From: Azolla caroliniana
Taxonomy: Eukaryota; Plantae; Polypodiophyta
DNA length: 64,000 nucleotides
Direction of reading: 5' to 3'
NCBI GenBank assembly: GCA_043228905.1
Contig: JBHGNT010000003.1
Span: 7,874,001-7,938,000, forward strand
The notes beneath the pieces were generated by a model that saw nothing but the letters and a program-made list of their open reading frames with translations, did no database searches and was not told where the DNA came from. The translations under genes and the position numbers were made by a program. Shown piece after piece: positions 36,876 to 48,856 of this stretch; the stretch's first letter is position 1; the number at the start of each line of letters is the position of its first letter.

Positions 36876-37469
36876 TGCTAAAGAGAAATGCGCGCGGAAT
36901 ATCGCTCGGCCACAACCGAGTATAAAACACTTCTGTAAGAATCAAACACAGAAATGTCAAGTACAGAGTACACAAGGAAATATGACACATGATGTTTACG
37001 TGGAAAACCCTAATAGGGAAAAACCATGGGAGCCCACAGACTCCAACTATCGCTATAAAGAGAAAGGAGTACAATCAGAGACTCGGAGGCAATGACCTCG
37101 AGCTCTGTTTCTTCGCGCAGTGGTGGTTACAACAGAGTATAACTCTGTATCTCTCTCTCTCTCACACACACACTCTGTACAATAGTTACAACAATATAAC
37201 CACAACACAATCACACACCACATAAACTGATTGCCCTAAGTCATATTTATAGTTATATGAACTTAGGGCTATTTACAAATATAGCCTCAATGGGCTTATT
37301 CAAGACATATTTACAAATCTGTCTTCTCGACGATGTGGGAGGAAAGTCACCTTGTATGTCAACTGAAGAAAAGCATATAAGGCTTAAAACAAGCATTGAG
37401 GATGTGGTACTAGAAGTTCGACTCCTACATTCGACAACTCGGCTACAACCGGTCCGACTCTTACCCACG
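36876..37469 (-). repeat. LTR related to element E, inverted, inside the RT of D
   Basis: Reverse complement contains ACTCGGTTGTGGCCGAGC..TATTCCGCGC, CTCCCATGGTTTTTCCCTATTAGGGTTTTCCACG and AAATAGCCCTAAGTTCATATAA, as in the E LTRs. Confidence 0.85.
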
Positions 37470-39221
37470 TTTATATACTCGACAACTGGCTGATGAGTCC
37501 CGAATCTATCTAATCCTATATGTTGATGACATGCTGATTGTAGGGAGCAATCAAGCCGAAATAAGAAACCTAAAGCGGAGCCTTCACGACAAGTTCATGA
37601 TGAAGGAACTCGAACAAGCCCACCACATATTGGGCATGAGGATCGAGCGAAATCGGAAGATAAAGACTCTTTGACTCTCCCAGTCCGACTACATCCGCAA
37701 AGTGTTGAAGCGCTTCAACATGGAGAACGCGAAGCCAACACCAACACCGCTTCCGACGCCAATTCGACTATCGGATAAAGAATCTCCTTTGACTGATGAG
37801 GAGAGAGAGCTCAATGGAAAAATACCCTACACATCATGCATAGGAAATATCATGTACGTGATGGTGGCGACCTGACCCGATCTTGCATTTGCCGTAGGGG
37901 TCATCAGCCGGTACATGTCTAAACCAGGACGAAAGCATTGGGAGGCCGTCAAGCACATCCTCAAGTACCTAAGAGGGATTGAGGATGTAGAATTTACTTT
38001 TGGGTTGGCAAACATGACCGATGTCAAAGGCTATACCGACTCCGACTATGCTGAAAATACGAACAATCGGTAGATTTCGACATCAGGCTACATCTTCACC
38101 TATGGTGGCGGCGCCATATCATGGAGGTCAAATCTGTAAGAGTGCACAACCCTATCTACCACAGAGCCAGAGTACATAGCAGCATCAAAGGCAGTGAAAG
38201 AAGCAATCTGGTTGCACCGACTGACAACCAACTTCTTGGCTACAAGACAAATCGACCATCTATTGTGACTCACAGCAATACACCTCATTTGGAACCCAGT
38301 CTATCATGCGAAACAAAATACATTGAGGTACCGTTTCATCATATCTGGGAGCTCATAACAGAGAAGAAGCTTGAAGTCTGGAAGATGACACCGAGGTGAA
38401 CATTGTTGATTCCCTAATGAAGCCACTCCCAGAACAACGCGTCCAAGCACTAAGGACAAAGATGGGACTACAACAAGAGACCGAGACGAAGAGCGTTGAG
38501 CATTGAGCAGAAGGTAAGTCAAAGACCGACCAAATCAGACGAGCCAACAAGGCAAAGCCAAAAGAATGGGAATACCAGGAGGCTAAGGACGCAACATTGA
38601 GCAAGGACACCGATTAACGAGGAAGCTATCAAACGAACCCAAAGACAGATCGAGAATCCAGCGAGGAGCACAAGAGCAAGCCCTAGTGAGAGGCAGGAGA
38701 ACACGTCAAATCAGACACAATCCAACTCAGACCAGTCATTCTGACCGACTCAAACAAGTCGACTTGGATGACTAGCCGAATCAAGCTAGATACCAACTTT
38801 ACCTCTGCCAACTCGGCTATATGTTGACTGACTTGTAACTATAACCTTAGGTTAAATGTAATCTAGGCTTATGGGGGAGATAACCCCTTACTATTGTACG
38901 TAGAAAGAGTAGTCCTTTTATGGGGGGGTTTGTTGGCATAAAAGGTCGACTCCTTCTGCTTTGAATCCTAAGTGTGAACACGTCCTTGAGCTAGGGCTTG
39001 AGTATATAAGCTCAACCCTAACATTGTAACAATAATCTTCTTGTTTCTCGAGTCTTTGAGAGTGTAAGAGTTGCAGAATAACGAGAGCTTCCATTAGAGC
39101 TTCGAACTGTGTCTACGTTTCCATATATTTTCTTCTGTCATATTTTTTGTGTTGTTTTCTGTGCACATAACCTACAGGTCATCACACAATTCCGCATACG
39201 TATTGAATGCCATATCCAACA

Positions 39222-40222
39222 AGTTTGATTTGATGACACTCTCCATTTCCCCAAGAGTGTCATTGAACAAGATTATTTCCATGGACCCATTTATTGCCTC
39301 CTCTTCCTCTATAATCCCATTTTCTCTTAGTTGCTTCTCTAAAGTTTCTATTTTTACATCTTCTTTGTTAATGTCTCTATATTTACACATCCTATTTTCA
39401 GAAAATAAAACTTTCACTTTATTAAGGGGGTGAAAACTTTTATTACATTGATTCGGGGAAAAAGTTAGATGTCTCAGACTATTGTTGTCCTTCTCCCTAA
39501 TAGCCCGAATTAAAAATCCTCCCTAGATTCTCTCCCTAAGTTATGCCTATTCCACTCATGGTTCGATCTCACAGTAAGAAATTGAACCGAGCTTGCCCCA
39601 TCTCGACTTCGTATCAGTGCATATGCCGATTCCCGTTATCAAGCACTTTCGTCTCCATTCCGGATGCTATAATGTAGGGCTCTCCAAGGATGAGGGGGTG
39701 TGACACTGACTCTTGTACAAAGAAATGTTGGTCATGTTCGACGTCACCAATAGTCACCTTCACATTAGGGCAAGCCCCATAAAGTTCTTCTGTCGCCCTT
39801 GTCGCTACTCAAATCTTCCACCCATGCATACTGTTAATGGGCCAACGACCTTTCCAATAGAAGTTGAGAGACATGAGATTGATCTCCGAGCCATGATCAA
39901 CTAGCGCTACCATTGGATCCTTCAAGTTTCCCATTCGAGCCGGTGTCTCAGTAGTGGCTCTAGCCCAATGCGGCCTTGCGAAGTGACTATCTATGAATTC
40001 TTGCTCAACTTCAAGACCTATCGTGCTAGTACTTGTTGAGACATTTGTTGGTTTGGCTCCATCTTCGACTATCAATTGAATAGTCTTTTTCGTTTCATTA
40101 AGTCGATGATAACATCATGAAATTCTTTCTTTGCAATCCTAGAATCTCATGTAGTGTAAATTCCTTTCCTCCATCGCATGCTTAAGGTCAGTGGTCTGCT
40201 TTATTTCTGATCATACCTTGAA
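39222..40222 (-). pseudogene. Protease region of C
   Basis: HWARATTET...ALVDHGSEINLMS; continuous with 32649-33010 and 45281 onward. Confidence 0.8.
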
Positions 40223-40227
40223 TGTTG

Positions 40228-43200
40228 TGTTGGGAAATCAGTCCCTCCGGATGGGATCCGGTTATGAATGAAGAGGACCCAGTGAGAACCGGAAGAGAAG
40301 ACATATTTGTAAATATGTTTTGAGTAAAAGCCTATTGAGGCTATATTTATGAGTAGCCCTAAGTTCATATAAGTATAAATATGACTTAGGGCAATCACTC
40401 AAAGTGAGTGGTGGTATTGTTGTTGTATGTGTATAACCATTGTATAGAGAGAACAGAGAGAGAGAGGAGATACAGAGCAATATACTCTGTTGTAACTGCC
40501 ACTTGGCGAAGAAACAGAGCTCGAGGTCATTGACTCCGAGTCTCTGATTGTACCTTTCTCATATAGTGATAGTGGGCTCCCGTGGTTTTTCCCTATTAGG
40601 GTTTTCCATGTAAACATCCTGTGTACTTTCTTTTTTTTGTACGAGTATTCATCTCTATTCCCATTTCTGTGTTTGATCCTTAAACAAAGTGATCTAAAGA
40701 CTCAGTTGTTGTCGAGCAGTATTCCGCGCTATTCTTCACAAACTGGTATCAGAACAAACAACACAGGAAATGGAAGAATCGTTCGACGGCATGTTCAAGC
40801 TCACTGGCTCCAACTACTCAGTGTGGAAGTCGAAGATGAGGGATATGTTGGTGGTTAAAGATCTTTGGTTGCCGGTTCAATTCTGGGACAAGAGACCGGA
40901 TAAGATCGACGCCACAATGTGGGAGCTGATGCACATGAAGATGACGGCATACATCCGGTGCTTCATCGACATGGGCTTGTACAACAACTTCAATGAAGAG
41001 AGCAAGGCTCATGAACTCTGGGAGAAGATCGACATCATGTTCCAGAACAAGAATGTCGTTAATTGAGTTTCAGTATTCCGGAAGATAGTGAGGCTCCGGC
41101 ACCAGGATGGCTCCAGTATGGCAGAGCACATGAATGCCTTCCAAGGGCTAATACACCAAGCAACCTCATTGGAAGTACCTCTCACCGATGAGGTACTCGC
41201 ATTATTCTTGCTCGGCTCCCTCCCGAATAGTTGGGAGACGCTAGTTGTCACGTTGGGCAACGCCAGGCCGGAAGGAAAACAGTTGTCCCTAGCAAGAGTC
41301 AAGCCAATCCTGTTAAAGGAAGAAGCTCGCCAGAAGGACTGGGAGTCTGGAACCGATCCGAAGGCCTTAGTCACGGAACATGACCACAACCGGGCAAGAG
41401 GCCGGTATCGGAGTCCTCAAAACCGGGACAAATTAGGGACGAGGTCGAAGTCAAGGGGGAGGCCTACTTGCTTCTACTATGATAAACCAGGCCACTTCCA
41501 GAAGAACTGTCGGCATTACCGGAAAGAGAAAGAAACCGGCACCACCGATTCGAATAAGAGTTCGGACCGAAACGGTTCGGACAGGAGAGGCCTGATCGGA
41601 AAGGAACGTCGGCGATGAACCAAGGCTCATTATGGAGGAGAATGAGTTAAACCTTGTCGGCGACGAGACAACATGGGTAGTCGATTCCAGAGCGTCGTTC
41701 CATCTGACACCAAACCGGAAATGCTTCTCATCCTACACAACCAGTGATCATGGATGTGTCCGGATGGGGAATGAAGGTACATGCTGAATTATCGGCATAG
41801 GAGATGTGTTGTTGACGATATCAACTGAATGCAAGTTGCTACTAAAGGATGTCCAACACGTTCCGGAGGTTCGACTGAACCTGATATCAACTGTTCGGCT
41901 AGATGATGAAGGCTACAAGGGTAGCATCTGGAACGGAGTCATGAAGTTTAGCAAAGGGAGCCTAATAGTGGCTCAAGACCGGAAGGTCAACACATTGTAC
42001 TTGATGAATGCCCGGATACGCCGGGAAGAAGCGAACGTACCATCTGACACTGTCGATGAGTTGTGGCACAAGAGATTGTGTCATATGAGCCAAAAGGGGA
42101 TGAAGAGACTTTCCGAAGACAATCTCATTCCGGTAAAGGACATGCTTGTCCGGCAAGCAAAACTGAACTTGCTTCCGGTCAAGACCACCGATGAGATGGA
42201 ATGCACCACTGGACCTGGTGCATACCGATGTGTGTCAAGTGGACACGAAGTCACATGCCGGATCATAGTACTTCGTGACATTCATAAATGACCACGAAGT
42301 TGTGGGCCACACTATTGAAGACAAAGGATCAGGTGCTATCCATCTTCAAGGAACTCCACGTGAGAGTTGAAAGAGAAACCGACCGGAAACTGAAGGCGGT
42401 TCAAGCAGACAACGGAGGAGAATATTGGGGGCAGTTCGAGGAGTACTGCCGGTCGAAGGGAATCCGGCTCGAGTTCACCGTGCTGAAGACGTCGGAATTG
42501 AATGGGTTGGTTGAACGGATGAACCGGACCATAATGGAGAGAGTCTGAAGCATGCTTGCACATGCAAAGTTACCCAAGACGTTTTGGGATGAGGCGCTGA
42601 CGACGGCAACGTATGTGATAAATAGATCACCCTCAACACCCTTAGAAGGAAACTCACCGTAGAAAGTATGGACCGGTAAGGACGTATCCTACCGGCATCT
42701 AAAGGTGTTCGTATGTCTTGCTACGTGCATGTGGCGAAGGACAAGAGAGCAAAGTTGGATCAAAGTTCCGGCCATGCATATTCCTTGGATACGGCGATGA
42801 TGAGTTTGGTTACCGGGTGTAGGATCTAGTCGACAAGAAGGTGTTTCGGAGTCGGGACATAGTCTTCATGGAAGACAGCCGACTGGGAGTCAGAGAAGAA
42901 GGTGATGAACTCTGGATCATCCAATGAAAATCGGCTTAAGGACACAAGGAGTTACCCGGTTGAAAATTGAATGTTAGCCGGTAACTGGATGACACTCGAC
43001 GAACCGGCCGGGTACGGACAAGAAACTGAACCAACCGAAGAAGAAGAAGAAGACACCAGAACTGGACAAGATCCCGAATCGGATTTGGATGAGGAACAAA
43101 CGGAGGAACCGGTGGTCAGAAACCAGGGATGGAGATATCCTCTCCGAGAGAGAAGAGCCCCCTAGATATTTCTGGATGTAGAGCATGTGTTGCTAACCGA

Positions 43201-45275
43201 TGATGGGGAGTCGGAAAGCTTCGAAGAAGCAAAGAGAGACACCCATAGCCGCAAGTGGTTGAGTGCCATGCAAAACGAGGTGGATTCCCTGCATGAGAAA
43301 CACACGTATGAACTGACGGAGTTGCCGAAAGGGAAGAGAGCACTCCAGAACAATTGGGTGTACAGGTTGAAACCGGGACGCCGGAAATCCACCAAGATGC
43401 AAAGCCCGGATAGTGGTGAAGGGCTTCCAACAGAAGAAAGGAGTGGACTTCAATGAGATCTTTGCCTCGGTAGTAAAAAATGACATCCATCCGGACGGTT
43501 TTGAGCATTGCGGCAAGCATAGACCTCAAGGTAGAGCAACTGGACGTCAAGATGGCATTGCTACGTGGCAAACTCCAAGAAGAGATCTACATGCATCAAC
43601 CGGAAGGATTTGAGAAGAAAGGGAAGGAGCACCTGGTGTGCCGGCTGAAGAAGAGCTTATACAGATTGAAGCAAGCCCCTCGGCAATGGTACCGAAAGTT
43701 CGATTCCTTCATGACGGACCAAGGGTACCACAAAACATAGGCCAATCACTGCGTGTTTGTGAAGAAATTTGATGGAGGATATTTCCTGATACTCCTCTGT
43801 ATGTGGATGATATGTTGATCGTCAAACGAGACCAAGGCAAGATTTGGATGCTGAAGAAGGCTCTGAATTGGACCTTCTCAATGAAAGACTTGGGTCTGGC
43901 AAGACAGATATTGGGAATGCACATCATCTAGGACTGGTCAAAGAAGATGTTGTGGTTGTCACAGGAGAAGTACGTGACAAAGGTGCTTCAACAGTTCAAC
44001 ATGTCGGAGGCGAAACCGGTCAGATCAACACTTACGGCAAATTGCAAGCTATCCGGAAAACAAAGCCCGAGGACAAAGGTGGAGAAGACAAATATGATGA
44101 AGATTCCATATGCCTTTGGTGTCAGAAGTTTGATGTATGCAATGGCATGTACCCGGCCGGATATCGGATATGCAGTTGGAGTGGTGAGCTGGTTCATGAG
44201 CAATGCCGGAAGAGAGCACTGGAACGCGGCCAAGTGGATACTCCGGTATCTGAAAGACACCTCGAGTATGTGCCTCCGGTTCGGCTCCGGTAATCCCCAA
44301 CTTGACAGATTCACTGATTCGGATATGTCGGCTGATGCGGATACCAACCGGTCTACATCTGGATATGTCATGACTTATGTCGGGGGAGCAGTTTCATGCC
44401 AGTCGAGGCTGCAGAACATGGTTGCGTTGTCAACCACGGAGTCGAAGTACATGGTAGTTGTGGAAGCCGGCAAGGAGATAATCTGGGATCCAACATGAGG
44501 AATATCGTCTCTACTGCGACAGTCAAAGTGTCATCCATCTTGCAAAGAACGCGGCATACCATTCCCGGACGAAACATATCCAGCGGAGGTACCACTAGAT
44601 CCGGGAGAGAGTAGAAGATCAAGAGTTCGTGCTGACGAAGATCCACACGGAGGAGAACGGGTCCGAATATGCTGACCAAGGTGTTGACAACCGACAAGTT
44701 GGACGCATGCCAAAAGCGGATCGGGCTAGCGAGACATCCCATGCTGGAGTGAAGGGGGAGATTGTTGGGAAATCGGTTCCTCCGGATGGGATTCGGTTAT
44801 GAATGAAGAGGACCCAGTGAGAACCGGAAGAGAAGATATATTTGTAAATATGTTTTGAGTAACCCTATTGAGGCTATATTTGTAAATAGCCCTAAGTTCA
44901 TATAAGTATAAATATGACTCAGGGTAATCACTCAAAGTGAGTGGTGATAGTGTTGTTGTATGTGTATAACTGTTGTATAGAGAGAACACAGAGAGAGAGG
45001 AGATACAGAGCGATATACTCTATTGTAATTGTCGCTTGGTGAAGAAACAGAGCTCAAGGTCGTTGACTTCGAGTCTCTGATTGTACCTTTCTCATATAGT
45101 GATAGTGGGCTCCCGTGGTTCTTCCCTATTAGGGTTTTCCACGTAAATATCCTGTGTACTTTCTTTTTTTTGTGTATGAGTATTCATCTCTATTCCCATT
45201 TCTGTGCTTGATCCTTAAACGAAGTGATCTAAAGACTCGGTTGTGGCCGAGCAGTATTCCGCGCTATTCTTCACA
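40228..45275 (+). mobile_element. Element E: full-length Ty1/copia (Tnt1-like) LTR retrotransposon
   Basis: 513-bp LTRs 40228-40740 and 44763-45275, perfect TSD TGTTG, PBS TGGTATCAGA at 40744, PPT GAAGGGGGAGA just before 44763. Confidence 0.97.
40770..44750 (+). pseudogene. gag-pol: Copia gag-pol of E
   Basis: KLTGSNYSVWK, LLGSLPNSW, WVVDSRASFH, ADNGGEY, LKQAPRQWY, YVDDML, FTDSD, STTESKY; stops and frameshifts. Confidence 0.93.
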
Positions 45276-45280
45276 TGTTG

Positions 45281-46170
45281 GACTTATTTTTTCTTTCCCT
45301 CTTTCAAACATCGTCCCGGATGGTGACGACTCTTCTCTTCTCCGAACGGCTTCCCTCATTTCATGCTTCTTTGAAGAGCCGGCTTGATCATCTGGTCTTT
45401 TTAGTTTCCCTTCAACAAGGACTTCATAGTTTTCGCACATGGCATCCACGAAGCTAGACTTCTCCTCTACAAGGTCTTCCCATTATGTCATTGCTTGAAC
45501 TCTTTGTTCAACCTCGTAAGCCTCATCCGTATAGAGTTTCCCTCTTCCCATTTGATCCAAAATGATTGGCCAAAACTCTCCACAATGTGGCCCTTGAGTC
45601 CTTGTTTCTTTCCCAGCTCAAATTCTAGCTGACGAAGAATAGTAAACACTATTCATGTTCTTTCCTTCTAGTTCCTCCATCAGCTTCTTCATACCCCTTC
45701 GACCGAAGTTGGTGTTCAGAGGACTCTGTTCAAACAATGTCCATTCTGTATTTGCAACTTGCACTTTTAGGATTCGAGAGTAGAGGCTGGAAAACACAAC
45801 TCTTGCAAAAATTGCAACATGTTTTGCCATATTTTTCCTCAGGCAGACGATCAAATCTTTGCTTGAACTCATGGAGTGTCACACTCGTACTCAACCCTTT
45901 GTTAGTAGATTCCACCCAATCCATTAAATCTTTCTTTGTCATCCTGGACGAATCATCATACCCATATTCTTCAAGTAGACTCTATTCAAACGATGTCCAT
46001 TCTGGATTTGCGACTTGCAGTTTTAGGATTCGAAAGTAGAGGCTAGAAAACAGAACTCTTGCGAAAATTGCAACTTGTTTCGCCATAGGGATACCTTTTT
46101 CCGCATTTTAGTTTTGTAGACCTCAAGGTACCATATCACATATTTCCCATCAAAGCACTCGTTGGCGTCC
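45281..46170 (-). pseudogene. gag: gag of C, with an internally duplicated ~105-bp segment
   Basis: MTKKDLMDWVE...EFKQRFDRL; segment QVAIFARV..SSLYSRILK.QVAN.EWT present twice (~45725-45830 and ~45980-46088). Confidence 0.7.
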
Positions 46171-46315
46171 ATGATCCTATTAGAATCTTAGATGTTCGAA
46201 GATCCAACCTTGCCGCTCTTTCACATTAGGTTTACCAAATTTGTCGCGAAGATTCATGCGTGTGTGCGCTACTCAATGCTCCATTGTTGTTCTTTCACAT
46301 TGGGTTCACCAAATT

Positions 46316-46825
46316 TGTCTCGAAGATTCGTTCGTGTGTGTACTACTCGAGCTGGACCACCGGGGTCTTGGTCTGGGTAAGATGTTCGCCAAGTTATCGA
46401 AAAGACGATGATGTGAATGTAAGAGTCGAGGAAACAATGCTACACTTGAGAAAATAAAAGAATTGTACACTCGAGAAGAAGATAAATAATAATAAGAAGT
46501 TGAAGAAGAATAAGAAGAGGAATATTATCATTATGTCGATGATACTGCCCAAATGATCCCCTATTACACAAGCCCTACTAGGGTTTTTATAGGTCTCTCC
46601 ATGCACAAAACCATGGACTTGGAGCTATGGTTTTTGTGCACATGGTTTTGTATAGTTGTTTCCTATGTGATTTTGAATATGAAAAGGGAATATGAAATTT
46701 AAAGAACCCACTAGTGGCCTTCGTGGTAAGACAACTCTTTCTGACCATGGAGGTGCGAGGGTCAAGTCTTGCTTCGTTTTCTTATTAGGAATGTTTTCAC
46801 ATAGTGTATTAAAAACATCACGACA
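46316..46825 (-). repeat. 5' LTR of C (same family as the F LTRs), preceded by a tRNA-Trp-like PBS at 46295-46311
   Basis: TGTCTCGAAG...CATCACGACA; shares TACACAAGCCCTACTAGGGTTTTTATAG with F. Confidence 0.85.
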
Positions 46826-47099
46826 ATGCATTGTGCAACCTCTAGATTTTCTCTTTCTCTCATCGTCTACATCATCATTGGGAAATCATCGCGTTGTGTT
46901 GGTATAATATTCCCATGTTGCTCTTTCACTTTGGATTCATCTAAGATGTAACGTAGATTCATGCATGCTAAAAGTTGAGTGGAACCACCGATATCCTAAA
47001 CCAAGGAAGGTGTCATCATTGATGACGGGTTGCGGAAGATAACAATTGCTATAACACACAATAAAATCTTCCCTTTTCAACTTATATATACACTTGAGG

Positions 47100-47890
47100 C
47101 TCTTTTCCAATGTGTGGAAAAATAAGTTGTACAAGGCCCAACTATTTGCAGTCAAAATTGTGCATGCAAATGTATGTACATTGTATAAATTCTTGTTTTC
47201 TATGAGTGAGTGCTTGTGTTATAATAAGGGAGTGCATACACAATTGGCATATGTGCACTTATATATTCCATGTATGTGTGCATACGTGTAGATGGATGTA
47301 TAAGCTTATAATTGTGGCTACATCTATGAGAAAACATATTGGTGTTATAGGTGTTTGTATGTATTAAGTATTTGAGTGTCTAAATGCGTATTGTATTTTA
47401 TGTGCAAGAGTTTGTAGGTGCCCCTATGAATATGTGTGTGCAAGTGTATGTGCAAATGTATAAAGACATGTGTAAGTTTGTGGAGCTATAATTAATGTTG
47501 AGGGAGAAACAAGACTTTAGCAAATAGGTTCCATGTGAAGGGAGACCTTTGTAGAAATCCTTGAAGGTTTTGCCCTTTCTGCTTTGTAGAAGTGTGATTG
47601 CATGAAGGTTTTTACCCTTTGTCAAATCTTTTTCCACGAAGGTGCTAAACCTTTGTGGAATCTTTCCCATGAAGTTCTATCTCTCCTGCCCTCAACTTTA
47701 GATTCAGAGAGTTGCTTAATTAGAAAGGTATCAGATTCTTGGAATTCAATGATGTATGTTTGGGTCTTGTCGCTCAATTTTTTTTCATTTAACCATAAAA
47801 TATGATCCGCTAGTCCAATTTCCTAGCCAAAACATTTTATGTGATCATCTCGATGTTAATGTGTTGACAACTTAGAAGTATGGATCCAAG
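47100..47890. repeat. Old dispersed repeat, copy 2
   Basis: Colinear similarity with 2570-4000. Confidence 0.65.
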
Positions 47891-48856
47891 TTTTGCCTCC
47901 CACGAGATTAACACAATATTATCGGTAGTTTTTTGCCTCATGCTCGGATTTTTGGGCCAAGAATTTCCTCGCGTCCCTTATTGTTAGATGAATCACATTA
48001 GGATTATGATTCACAATATTTCTTTGAAAAACATAATGATGTAAAGTATTAAGTTAGTCATATTTCTCAAAATTTACATGAAATTCATCAAATACATTCA
48101 AGATTTTACATAGGGTGTGCGAGATTAAAATAAAGAAGGATATAAAACAAATCCTTCTCTTGGCTAGGAGTAAAGATAGAACTATATCCGAAAAAGAGTT
48201 AGAGTTGGAAGCCCCCATAGGAAATTGGTAAAGCTCCCCCAAAGGCTAGAAGAGACAACCTCCGAGAAGATAAACAAGAGAAAACCATAGCGAAGCACTA
48301 ATTATACCACTTTGATATGATGTCCTTCATAAGTAAATTCACATGTAACATTGTGTCGCCATACAAACATGGTGTATAAGATTAAGGTTAGGCATGAAGT
48401 GAGTGTTTCGTCTCTCATAAATGAATGTTCATCATTTCTTCTATGTTGGTCCTAGCAAGGTTTGCACCACTAACCTTATGGTTCAAGTGGTTACCTCTTT
48501 CAATGTAAGCTATCATCAATTATTGTTGCATTATTTAGTTGTTGTTTTAACCAAACCTTTACCCATTCTAAACTTGACATTATGACACTTTTCTCCCTTT
48601 CCACACACCACATCATGACACCTTCAACTATATTCTAGCAAAGGAGAACAAACTAGAGTGGCCTTCCTATCCATGATCATATATTTTGTATCTTTTCTGA
48701 CCTTGCTTTTTGCGACATTTTTCTAGTATTAGTCAATGGCAATGTACATAGGAACAAAGGGATGGATTCGCTCATTTTATAGAAACAAAATGTGATGAAC
48801 ATTAAGGTTGCAACAAGATCACCTCCACTATTTGACTTGCAAAGTAAATATCACTT

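Larger units (their letters stand above)
33442..38500 (+). pseudogene. gag-pol: Copia gag-pol of D
   Basis: ALALLSSLPMSW gag, WLLDSSATFH protease, HTDICGP integrase, LYVDDML RT, RNase H; many disruptions. Confidence 0.9.
33011..39221 (+). mobile_element. Element D: Ty1/copia LTR retrotransposon, degraded
   Basis: 291-bp LTRs 33011-33301 and 38931-39221, PBS TGGTATCAGAGC (tRNA-iMet) at 33304, G-rich PPT at 38922; degenerate TSD GGTTC/AGTTT. Confidence 0.93.
20560..46825 (-). mobile_element. Element C: decayed gypsy LTR retrotransposon hosting B, D and E; 3' LTR not found
   Basis: Reading continues across each nested insertion: gag (46170-45281), protease ALVDHGSEIN (~39880), RT start EIGCVDP..IFTIPHVPW (32660/22760), RNase H (KRELWG, DCLP), integrase (to ~20750). 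Confidence 0.85.
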
